A DNA stretch of 29,483 nt, from positions 1-29,483 of IMG/VR virus record IMGVR_UViG_3300025103_000104; one strand, given 5' to 3'. The stretch comes from a virus. Its lineage: Duplodnaviria; Caudoviricetes. The notes beneath the pieces were generated by a model. It made no database searches. It was given only the letters and a program-made list of their open reading frames with translations, and was not told the DNA's origin. Position numbers and translations under genes: made by a program. Shown here one piece after another: positions 1-8,624 of this stretch (position 1 is its first letter; every line of letters begins with the position of its first letter).

Positions 1-37
1 AATCGCATAACACAAAGCATAACAAGGAGAACACAAC

Positions 38-619
38 ATGTATGCTAAAATTAACGGTGGAACAGTAGTAAAGTTCCCATACACATTCGGAGACTTACGT
101 AAGGATCACCCTAACGTGTCATTCCCTAAGAACATCACAGCAGGTATCATGCAGAAGTATAACATGGTAGGTGTACTGGAAGGGCCACAGCCTAGCACTA
201 CAGCTTACCAGACAGTACAGCGTAATGCATTACCTACACGCCCTGTTACTGGTCAGTACACAGAAGAGACTGCACCTATGCCAGAGATGGTAGGTGAAGA
301 CATCATTGCTAGTTACTGGATGATTAACTACACAGCAGTAGACATGTTTGCTGATACTACAGAGACAGACGATGAGGGTGTAGAGGCTACTACAACCAAA
401 GCTCAACATGAGGCTGCGTATCAGGCTACACTAGATGCTGCAGTTGCTGAGACTAATCGTAAGACACGTGATGAGAAACTAGCTGAGACAGACTTCTATG
501 CTTTGTCAGATGTAACAATGACAGATGCTATGACAGCGTATCGTCAGGCTCTACGTGATATTACTTCTCACTCTAACTGGCCTAACTTGGAAGACGCAGA
601 TTGGCCTGTTAGACCATAA
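38..619 (+). CDS. Phage tail (fibre) assembly chaperone-like protein
   Basis: C-terminal RDEKLAETDF...AYRQALRDIT...WP.RP is typical of tail assembly chaperone domains. AAGGAG RBS upstream. Confidence 0.75.
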   Translation: MYAKINGGTVVKFPYTFGDLRKDHPNVSFPKNITAGIMQKYNMVGVLEGPQPSTTAYQTVQRNALPTRPVTGQYTEETAPMPEMVGEDIIASYWMINYTAVDMFADTTETDDEGVEATTTKAQHEAAYQATLDAAVAETNRKTRDEKLAETDFYALSDVTMTDAMTAYRQALRDITSHSNWPNLEDADWPVRP

Positions 620-625
620 TATAAC

Positions 626-654
626 TTGACTTTCAAACAATTATGAGTTAAACT
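626..654 (+). promoter_or_regulatory. Putative sigma70 promoter TTGACT-N17-TAAACT
   Basis: -35 at 626-631, -10 at 649-654, 17-nt spacer, in the AT-rich intergenic gap. Confidence 0.5.
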
Positions 655-909
655 ATGAGTGAAGTAAAACTATCTCCTGAAGAACTAGAAGATATGCTAG
701 ATCGTGCAGCTAGGCGCGGGGCTAAAGAAGCCTTGCGTTCTATTGGTCTACTTGATGATGCTGCACATAAAGATATTACTGAGATGCGTAGTTTAATAGA
801 AGCGTGGCGTGATACTCGTAAGTCTATATGGGCAACAATAACAAAATTAGTCACTGTCGCCGTACTGACTTTTATAGCTGGTGCAGTGTGGATGACAATG
901 GGTAAATAA
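655..909 (+). CDS. DUF6127-like small membrane protein (C-terminal TM helix)
   Basis: LDRAARRGAKEAL..IGL.D..A..DI.EMRSLIEAWRD pattern, then a hydrophobic tail LVTVAVLTFIAGAVW. Confidence 0.7.
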   Translation: MSEVKLSPEELEDMLDRAARRGAKEALRSIGLLDDAAHKDITEMRSLIEAWRDTRKSIWATITKLVTVAVLTFIAGAVWMTMGK

Positions 910-923
910 TAAGGTAAAACATT

Positions 924-3900
924 ATGGCTAAGAAGTTTGGTGGCTTTACACCACAGCAACAACAAACACTGTTATCTAAGATGGGCTACACAGGCCCAGC
1001 GCAACAGGATGACATTAATAAGTTCATGATGTCTAGCCCTAAAGCTGCATCTATGATGGGCAAGTATGCTGAGATGGCTAAAGCTCGTGTAGCGGGTGGC
1101 CCTCGTACTGCTATGAATGAAGGCGGTACTGTTGTAGGAAAAGGGGGTAAGTATTACATTAAAGACGCTCAGGGTGCATACTCACAATCTTACGACACAG
1201 CATTAGATGCATACTATGCTAACAAAGGCCAGACAACTAATCCTACTACAGGATCGACAGTACAGCCATACGCAGGTCTAAACACAGGTACTACGGATAA
1301 CCAGCCTAACACTACTGGTGGGTTTGATATGGGTATAGACACACCTGAGCTTATTAAACAGCCAGGTGACTTTATAGGTGGGCCTGTATTACCTGGGCCT
1401 GTATTACCTGGGCCTGTATTACCTGGGCCTGGATTACCTAGGCCTGAGTTACCTGTAGGTCAGCCTGTAGAACCTGAGTACGATCCCTCTAAAGGTCTAC
1501 CTACTGCACCTGAACTAAAAGAAGTAGACGCTTTAGACTTCTTTAAACAGAATACAGGCGGGGGATATTACTTACCTGACTATAATGAAACGGCATTAGC
1601 GGGTCTTGTGAATGAAGGATCAGACTTAAGTGGTGCTACTGCAGAAGGTAATATTGTAACTTTTGCTGATGGTAAAACTATTACAACTAAGAGTCCTGAA
1701 GAAGCTGCACAAGTAGTTACGGCTGCAGGTGCTTACACTACGGAAGTTGTACAACCTAATAAAACAGCACAAGAAACGTATGACAAACAACTTAAGGCGT
1801 ATAAAAGCTACTACGGTCAGCAAGCTACAGTAACACCAGAAGGAACACGTGCTGATTATGATACTGCACAGGCATCTTTGTCTAAAGAGCAAAATCTTCT
1901 TGAGAGCTTTAAAAAAGAACAGTCAGTTTTGTCTGAAGATGACCCTCAATATGCGGTACTTCAAGGCCTTATAGACGAGCAGACAACTAAAACAGACAAT
2001 GCTAGGATTAGTCTAGCACAAGCAAAGACTAACCTAGAACGTGTAGGTATGCCTAGCACTACAGAGATGAGGGCAGATGCACTAGAAGACCCTACGTCTA
2101 TGGTTACTAAAGCTGATGTAGTTACTGTAACTGATGAGCAACGTGCTGCAGGTAAGATAGCTGAAGGTACAGGTCAGGCTGCTGCAGAGGCTGCAAAAGC
2201 TACGTTAACAACAGCGGATATTGCTGATGATGTTGTAGCTCCTACAGCCAAAGATGCTGCAACATATGATGCTACTCTGGTAACAGATAAAGCTAAAGCA
2301 GAGTTAGATAAAGTTGAAGCTGCAACACTAGATGAGTTTTCTGATGGTGTTATATTTAAAGGGGAAGAAGGGGAGCTTTCAGAAGGTGCTTACGCTGATG
2401 AGGCATTAAAAGTAGCTGCAGATCGTATCCAAAAGGTCAACGAAAAGGTAGACTTAGAAGTTACTAAACTACAACTTGCAGAAGTAAAAGGTAAAAACCT
2501 AACAGCTATACAAACAAAAGTGGCAAAGTCTTCTGCCTTACTAGATGCAGTAGCAAAGTCACATGTAGTTCAACCTAATGAGCTTCCTACTCCACAGCTT
2601 ATTGCTGAAGAGGACATGGCGCAAGCTAAGGCCATGACTGACACAGGGTTAGACAAAGATGCTATCCCTATTGCTGCAAAAATGGCAAGCTTCTCTGTAG
2701 ACAATGGTACATTAGCTAAGGCTGCACAAGGTGATGTAGATTCACTTGCTACAGTAGAAGGTCAGCTTGGTAAGCTAATGAAGCAGTTTGACGATGGCAC
2801 ACCTGCATGGGCTGCAGGGGCTATTCGTGCAGCTAACGCAGCTATGGCTTCTCGTGGACTAGGTGCATCCTCTATGGCAGGTGCTGCTATCCTACAGGCA
2901 GCTATGGAATCTGCGTTACCTATCGCACAGCAAGATGCTAAAACATTTGCAGATATGGGTATGCAAAACTTAGATAATCGTCAGCAAGTTGCTGTTGCTA
3001 ATGCTGCTGCACAACAAGGCTTGCAATTACAGAACTTAGACAATGAGCAAAAAGCTAACCTTCAAAAGAGTATTAATGCTTTTGGCTTACAGACGCAAAA
3101 CCTGTCTAATCGTCAAGCTGCTGAAGTTGCAAACGCACAGATTCGTGCTACTTTGCAAGGACAAAACTTAAATAACAGACAGCAAGCTAATATTGCTGAA
3201 GCAGCTAGATATGCTGAAGCAGCTAATATTAACTTAAATAATAAACAGCAAGCAGCAATGCAAGATAATTCAAATGCTTTGCAGACTAACTTAGCTGAAC
3301 TGTCTGCTGAACAAAGTGCATATATCAATAGTGCTAATGCTGCAGCCGCACTGCAAGGTCAAGTTCTTTCTAATGATCAACAAGTATCTATCTCTAATGC
3401 TGCAAGATATTCAGAAGCTGCTAATATAGAGTTTACTGCAGAACAGCAAAATGCATTGCATAACTCTAAGTTAATGTCATCCATAGGTTTAGCTGAGTTA
3501 AGTGCAACTCAAGCCGCTACGTTACAAAATGCTGCATCAGTTGCTAACATGGATATTACAAATCTAAACAATCGTCAGCAAGCTGCAGTACAAAATGCTA
3601 AAGCGTTCCTACAAAAAGACATGACTAATCTGAGTAACGAACAGCAAACGGCTATGTTCAAAGCACAGGCTACACAACAGGCATTGTTATCTGATCAAGC
3701 TGCAGAGAATGCTGCTAAGCAGTTTAATGCAGCATCTGAGAATCAAACTAATCAGTTTTACGATAATCTCAGCACACAGGTTGCTATGCAGAACCAAGAA
3801 CAAACTAATGCTATGAATAAGTTTAACGCTGGTGAAGCTAATGCTATTTCTGTAGCTAACACCGCGCACCAAAACAGGCGTGATGAGTTTAATGCTAACA

Positions 3901-4220
3901 ATGCTTTGGTGCTTGAACAAGCTAATACCCAATGGGAGCAATCTATCACTACTATGGATAATGCGGCACAGAACGCAGCTAACCGTGATTCAGCGGTAGT
4001 AGCTAATAACCTTACTGATACTACATATAACAACATGCTACAGCAAGAGCGTGATGCATTAGACTACGCTGTTAGAATTGCAGACCGTGAAGATCAACAA
4101 GAACATGCTCTTACTTTAGAAGGTATAAGTAATGACGCAGCAGCAAGTGCAGCTAAAGGCTCTGCTGTAGGTACAGTGATTGCTACAGTAAGTTCATTAC
4201 TTTTAAAGGATCTCTTTTAA
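924..4220 (+). CDS. Large virion protein with 22-aa Gln/Asn/Ala repeats; probable internal/ejection protein
   Basis: 1098-aa ORF with TAAGGT RBS. Pro-rich N-region, Ala/Thr-rich middle, about 11 repeats of 22 aa, hydrophobic C-terminus. Confidence 0.7.
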   Translation: MAKKFGGFTPQQQQTLLSKMGYTGPAQQDDINKFMMSSPKAASMMGKYAEMAKARVAGGPRTAMNEGGTVVGKGGKYYIKDAQGAYSQSYDTALDAYYANKGQTTNPTTGSTVQPYAGLNTGTTDNQPNTTGGFDMGIDTPELIKQPGDFIGGPVLPGPVLPGPVLPGPGLPRPELPVGQPVEPEYDPSKGLPTAPELKEVDALDFFKQNTGGGYYLPDYNETALAGLVNEGSDLSGATAEGNIVTFADGKTITTKSPEEAAQVVTAAGAYTTEVVQPNKTAQETYDKQLKAYKSYYGQQATVTPEGTRADYDTAQASLSKEQNLLESFKKEQSVLSEDDPQYAVLQGLIDEQTTKTDNARISLAQAKTNLERVGMPSTTEMRADALEDPTSMVTKADVVTVTDEQRAAGKIAEGTGQAAAEAAKATLTTADIADDVVAPTAKDAATYDATLVTDKAKAELDKVEAATLDEFSDGVIFKGEEGELSEGAYADEALKVAADRIQKVNEKVDLEVTKLQLAEVKGKNLTAIQTKVAKSSALLDAVAKSHVVQPNELPTPQLIAEEDMAQAKAMTDTGLDKDAIPIAAKMASFSVDNGTLAKAAQGDVDSLATVEGQLGKLMKQFDDGTPAWAAGAIRAANAAMASRGLGASSMAGAAILQAAMESALPIAQQDAKTFADMGMQNLDNRQQVAVANAAAQQGLQLQNLDNEQKANLQKSINAFGLQTQNLSNRQAAEVANAQIRATLQGQNLNNRQQANIAEAARYAEAANINLNNKQQAAMQDNSNALQTNLAELSAEQSAYINSANAAAALQGQVLSNDQQVSISNAARYSEAANIEFTAEQQNALHNSKLMSSIGLAELSATQAATLQNAASVANMDITNLNNRQQAAVQNAKAFLQKDMTNLSNEQQTAMFKAQATQQALLSDQAAENAAKQFNAASENQTNQFYDNLSTQVAMQNQEQTNAMNKFNAGEANAISVANTAHQNRRDEFNANNALVLEQANTQWEQSITTMDNAAQNAANRDSAVVANNLTDTTYNNMLQQERDALDYAVRIADREDQQEHALTLEGISNDAAASAAKGSAVGTVIATVSSLLLKDLF
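1380..1454 (+). repeat. In-frame 15-bp tandem repeat GGGCCTGTATTACCT (3 perfect + 2 degenerate) encoding (GPVLP)n
   Basis: Identical units at 1380, 1395, 1410; variants at 1425 and 1440. Confidence 0.95.
2964..3689 (+). repeat. Protein-level 22-residue repeat array (xNLxNxQQ...), about 11 units, with a 66-aa super-repeat
   Basis: QNLDNRQQ, QNLDNEQK, QNLSNRQA, QNLNNRQQ, INLNNKQQ, AELSAEQS, QVLSNDQQ, IEFTAEQQ, AELSATQA, TNLNNRQQ and TNLSNEQQ are each 22 aa apart. Confidence 0.9.
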
Positions 4221-4235
4221 GCTATAGGATAAGAC

Positions 4236-5513
4236 ATGGCATTTATTAAAACAAAACTATCTACAATAAGACCTGATGATTTGTATGACACACTACGTCT
4301 TACTTACGGTTTTAATGACGAAGAACAACAAAAGCAACCTGGCATACTAGCTAAACCTGCAGAGCCTGTATCTGACAGTGATGTTGTTGCTGCAGGGTTC
4401 TTTGATTATGTATTTACTAAGTCTAGAGAACGGGCTGCTAAAGTACGTGCTGAAGCTATGGAGCAGTACGCACGTGATTCTGCTGAAGAGGCAGCTAAGA
4501 TTCGTTCTATTCTAGGTATTACAAGGTCTAAGGCTCCTACAGGGCAACTATCAGATCAGGCTAGGGATGCTATGTTCAGTAGTTCTGATATACGAGGCAC
4601 TGAGTTGACTATGAAGGATAACGCTAGAGAAGCGCAGGATGTAGTTCAGCCTATGATTACACCTGTCTCTAGAGGTGAACAGCCAGAGATGGCAGACAGC
4701 CCAGCGCCTGTTGATGCACCTAGTGTAGATACTAGAAGTAATGAGATGTTAGATAAGGCTATACAAGATGTACTTGAGACTGTTGTTGATTCTGATGTTA
4801 GTGATAGTACCGACAGCGCTAAAGATGTAGAGGAGTCTGTACCCGTAACTGCAGAAACTACTGGCGAGGGGCTTATGAGTCGTAGAGCAGGAGAGGTAGA
4901 GGCTAGGGAAGGTATGGGTGCTCAAGCAGAAGGGTTTTTCAACACGGCTGTAGCAGAAGGCTTTAATATAGTAAAGAACAGAGTAGGTATGGATGAAACT
5001 GATTGGGCGTCTTTTAAAAAAGAGGTGGCTAAAATAGAGTCGGGAGGAAAAAAAGACCCCTACAGGGTAAAAGGAGGCGCAAATAACCATTATGACGGTA
5101 AATACCAACTGGGTAAACTAGCTAAACTAGATGCCGCTGATTTGTTAGGTATGAATATCGGGCACAGTAAAGAGGATAGAGATTCTTTTAGAAAAAACCC
5201 TGCGCTTCAAGAGAGGGCTTTCGCAGCCTTTACGGCAAAAAACCATAACACTCTTATGAAAAAGTCCGATATTTATAGAAAGTTATCTAAAGGACAGCAG
5301 ATTGCCGTTTTGGGGTATGCACACAATCAAGGTGCAACTGCTGCCTCAAAGTGGCTGTCTTCTGGAAAAGTGGGTAGCGATAAATTTAAAACTAAAGGAA
5401 CAAAATATTCTGACGCTATAGCCGATTCATTAGGTGTAATATTGCCTAACTTTGGATCGTCCGCTCTCGCACCTAAAACGTCAATTCGCCCTAAAGCAAG
5501 GCCTACTGATTAA
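4236..5513 (+). CDS. Virion-associated protein with C-terminal lysozyme-like/transglycosylase domain
   Basis: IAxIES-type catalytic Glu motif (VAKIESGG), GKYQ, and YAHNQG resembling the AYNxG motif of lysozyme-like folds. Acidic low-complexity linker in front. Confidence 0.75.
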   Translation: MAFIKTKLSTIRPDDLYDTLRLTYGFNDEEQQKQPGILAKPAEPVSDSDVVAAGFFDYVFTKSRERAAKVRAEAMEQYARDSAEEAAKIRSILGITRSKAPTGQLSDQARDAMFSSSDIRGTELTMKDNAREAQDVVQPMITPVSRGEQPEMADSPAPVDAPSVDTRSNEMLDKAIQDVLETVVDSDVSDSTDSAKDVEESVPVTAETTGEGLMSRRAGEVEAREGMGAQAEGFFNTAVAEGFNIVKNRVGMDETDWASFKKEVAKIESGGKKDPYRVKGGANNHYDGKYQLGKLAKLDAADLLGMNIGHSKEDRDSFRKNPALQERAFAAFTAKNHNTLMKKSDIYRKLSKGQQIAVLGYAHNQGATAASKWLSSGKVGSDKFKTKGTKYSDAIADSLGVILPNFGSSALAPKTSIRPKARPTD

Positions 5514-5956
5514 TGTTCGGCTTACCCCTAGAATTAATAACAATGCTTTTCTCTACTGTGTTAGGCGGTGTTATGTCTATATGGGGCCAGAGCATAAAAG
5601 CTAAGCAAGCTCAAAACGAGATGCTTATGCAACGTGCAGAGTTTAACAGAAGTGCTGTAGCTGATGCACGTGACGCAGGTAAGAATGATAAACACTTTGC
5701 TTGGACACGTAGGCTCATAGCTTTATCTGCTGTATTCTCTATTATAGTATTGCCAAAGCTAGTCGCTGTATGGTATCCTGATGTAAGCGTATATGTAGGA
5801 TACACTGAAGCTACTGGTGGTCCGTTATCTTGGCTCTTTGGTCCAGCAGAATCGATACAGTGGAAGATGGCTAAAGGCTTTGTAATAACTCCACTAGACA
5901 CACATATCGTATCAGCCATTGTAGGACTCTACTTTGGTGCAGGTTTCACTAAATAA
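5513..5956 (+). CDS. Holin-like membrane protein (about 3 hydrophobic segments)
   Basis: Hydrophobic segments LITMLFSTVLGGVMSIWG, LIALSAVFSIIVLPKLVAVWY and IVSAIVGLYFG. WTRR motif. TAATG-coupled to the lysozyme-domain gene. Confidence 0.55.
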   Translation: MFGLPLELITMLFSTVLGGVMSIWGQSIKAKQAQNEMLMQRAEFNRSAVADARDAGKNDKHFAWTRRLIALSAVFSIIVLPKLVAVWYPDVSVYVGYTEATGGPLSWLFGPAESIQWKMAKGFVITPLDTHIVSAIVGLYFGAGFTK

Positions 5957-5968
5957 GGTATAACAAAA

Positions 5969-6538
5969 ATGTCACTTTCTCCTTTTGATAGACCTATTCC
6001 AGGTCAATCTCTTACAGCAGAACCAGGTAACGCCCCTTGGGAGAAACCTTCTAAGTTCTCTGATCCACTAGATGCACTTGAGATGTACATAGAACGGCTC
6101 GCTGATGATGAAGTTCTTAACGATGTAATTGATCTTATTGATGCAGGAGCACCTTTGGATAGTATCTCAGGTTCTATGCTTAGTACAGGTGTTTTAAGAG
6201 GTATGCACACTGTAGATGTAAAAATACTACTACGCCCCTTGCTTACTGCACATATTAACTCTCTCGCTGAAGCTATTGGTATTGAGGATTATAAGATTAC
6301 CTTTGATGACTACAAAGATAAAAAAGAAGAAGAAGCGCTTAAATTAAAGAATCGCATTAAAGCTAAGTTAGATAAGATTAAAGGGCCACCAGACGAAGGT
6401 GAAAAGATTATGAAAAAGGTTGAGCAGTCTATCTCAACAGAGGGTGAAGTACAAGAAGCTGTACCTGCTGAAGCTGCAGTGCAAGAAGATGTACCTACTC
6501 AAGAAGAACCTAAAGGCTTAATGGCGAAGGAGCAATAA
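5969..6538 (+). CDS. Conserved phage virion-module protein
   Basis: N-terminal FDRPIPGQSLT.EPG..PWE.P, which I recognise from marine podophage structural modules. TAAGGT RBS. Confidence 0.65.
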   Translation: MSLSPFDRPIPGQSLTAEPGNAPWEKPSKFSDPLDALEMYIERLADDEVLNDVIDLIDAGAPLDSISGSMLSTGVLRGMHTVDVKILLRPLLTAHINSLAEAIGIEDYKITFDDYKDKKEEEALKLKNRIKAKLDKIKGPPDEGEKIMKKVEQSISTEGEVQEAVPAEAAVQEDVPTQEEPKGLMAKEQ

Positions 6539-6539
6539 C

Positions 6540-8621
6540 ATGAGTGCAAAGATGTTCTGGGCACATGCCTTAAAAGGCTTTACTGATACGTTTGCAGCAG
6601 GTATTGAGCGCCGACAAGATCGTATGGAAGACTTATTAGATAACGGTTTTGATGCAGCTAAACGCATTGCACCTTCTTATATGAAAACACAAGGGCAGTT
6701 TAAACAAATTAAAGAAATACAAACTGCTATGCAGCGTGACTTTGGTTTGACAGATGACGAGTTTGTAGCTCTTGTTGATGCTACAGATGTGACTAGCTTG
6801 TATAAAGATGTATATGATACAAAACAATATCGTGATGCTAATCAACTAGGTTCACTGGATAAGTCAGAGATCCTGTCTCTTGTAGATATGCCTGATGACT
6901 TTAAGTTACCTGAAGGTATGACAGCAGATGCAGCTATTAGGCAAGTCCTTGGTTTGCAAACTGCGTCACTACAGAAAGAGACAGACCCTAAAAGTGAGGG
7001 TGCTAAGCAACGGTCCTTTGCTCAAGCAGCTAAAGACTTGTTTATGCTTGATCCTCGCATGTCAGCAGAGCAACAGCTTAAGAACATGAAATACATGGGT
7101 GTTAACGTAAATGATTTGATTGCGTATCAATCTTTGGGCGGGGGTAGACAAGATATCTTCTCAGATGTTTCTCGTACTTCAGAGTATAGCTTAAGTAAAG
7201 ATGATTATACTGCTGCAGACATAACACGTACACAGAACTACGCAGCTAAGCTTATGTCACTAGGTATTACTAACTTTGATCTTAACGATAGTGTACAGTT
7301 TGCTGATTACACAGAGGATAACACAAATGCAGGTGAAATTAAGAAAGCTGTCAATGATACAGCTTCTTCTATGTCCAGCCTAGAGCGTCAGATTATCATG
7401 GCAGGACGGGGTAATGAACTGTTCGCAGGGCGTGTAGGACGCTTCCAGATTATTGATCAGCTATCTCGTTCAGTAAATTCACAAGACGAAGCAACATCTC
7501 TTAATTCAAGCATTAAAAGCAACTTCGCTATTGATGTTATTAAAGGTGCTATTGCAGAAAGCCGTGAGCTTACGGATGCAGAGATTGACATTATTATTGC
7601 AGGTGAAAGACAAGAAGAGAAACCTATTAGTGCAGATAAAAAACCAACGGATGATCTACAATCAACTGTTGTGCCAAAGGTAGAGACTACAGTAGAGGCT
7701 GCAGTACCTGAAGTACTAAAGAGTAACGTTGAAGTACAAACAGCGATTCAAGAACTACCTAAAGATAAGCAACAAAAGGTGATTGAACAGATCAATAACG
7801 CCTCTCCAGACACACAGCTTAAAGTAGCTGACCTGCTTATTGAAGAAGCTCAAGCACCTACATTAGAAGCGGCTCCTGCGTTAGACATTAAGTCTGCTGT
7901 ACAGCAAATAAATGAAGTGCAAGAAGGTACAGCGTCTGTTGAAGAGAAGGCAGACAAAGTAATTGATATTCTATTAGAGAAAGCTAATATAATTGCACCT
8001 ACAAACGAAGAAGAGCTTGGCTACTTTAAGGATGATCTAGACGAAGCTATGGGTGAAGACTTTGGTTTGACTCTTGAGCCAGCAGTTAAAGATGAGGTTA
8101 TCAGACGTGCTGAGAGTTTCTCTATTACAAGACCAGACTTTGATGCAGGTGTAGAAATTACCACTGAACCTGCAGGTGAGTTTGAGTTTAATGGTGTGAC
8201 TTATGATGAGTGGCAGGATATGTCCCGCAAGGAACGTAAAGACAAAGGCTTACCTCAAGGTGAGTTAGGTGCTCAGTTTAAGTTCAAGCGTTTCCAGAAA
8301 GGTTTGCAAGGCAGTCCTTTTGACAAAAGCCCTACGCAACCAGAAGGTAGTGTAGAAATAGATAAAGCACCTGAGCAAATTAATGTATTTGATATTACTG
8401 CAGAAACAGGTATCAACGATGAAGATACAACAAGCGATGTCCGACTAGCAAGTGCAGCAGTTAATGTTTATAACGATATGAGAGAAGAGTTTACTGATAT
8501 GTCTGTACTACAAGGTGAGGACGGAAAGCAAGTCATTAAAGATTACTTAGAGAGTAATAACTTACCTATCAATGATACGCTTATTATGATGATCCAGATG
8601 CAACTACCTACTGAGGAATAA
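6540..8621 (+). CDS. Large acidic protein, probable internal virion protein
   Basis: 693-aa ORF, AAGGAG RBS, position among the terminal virion genes. Confidence 0.6.
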   Translation: MSAKMFWAHALKGFTDTFAAGIERRQDRMEDLLDNGFDAAKRIAPSYMKTQGQFKQIKEIQTAMQRDFGLTDDEFVALVDATDVTSLYKDVYDTKQYRDANQLGSLDKSEILSLVDMPDDFKLPEGMTADAAIRQVLGLQTASLQKETDPKSEGAKQRSFAQAAKDLFMLDPRMSAEQQLKNMKYMGVNVNDLIAYQSLGGGRQDIFSDVSRTSEYSLSKDDYTAADITRTQNYAAKLMSLGITNFDLNDSVQFADYTEDNTNAGEIKKAVNDTASSMSSLERQIIMAGRGNELFAGRVGRFQIIDQLSRSVNSQDEATSLNSSIKSNFAIDVIKGAIAESRELTDAEIDIIIAGERQEEKPISADKKPTDDLQSTVVPKVETTVEAAVPEVLKSNVEVQTAIQELPKDKQQKVIEQINNASPDTQLKVADLLIEEAQAPTLEAAPALDIKSAVQQINEVQEGTASVEEKADKVIDILLEKANIIAPTNEEELGYFKDDLDEAMGEDFGLTLEPAVKDEVIRRAESFSITRPDFDAGVEITTEPAGEFEFNGVTYDEWQDMSRKERKDKGLPQGELGAQFKFKRFQKGLQGSPFDKSPTQPEGSVEIDKAPEQINVFDITAETGINDEDTTSDVRLASAAVNVYNDMREEFTDMSVLQGEDGKQVIKDYLESNNLPINDTLIMMIQMQLPTEE

Positions 8622-8624
8622 TAA

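Noticed and set aside
1905-1920. TTTAAAAAAG slippery sequence in the 1098-aa gene
   Set aside because: Heptamer is not in the X XXY YYZ phase of the reading frame, and no downstream stimulator is evident.
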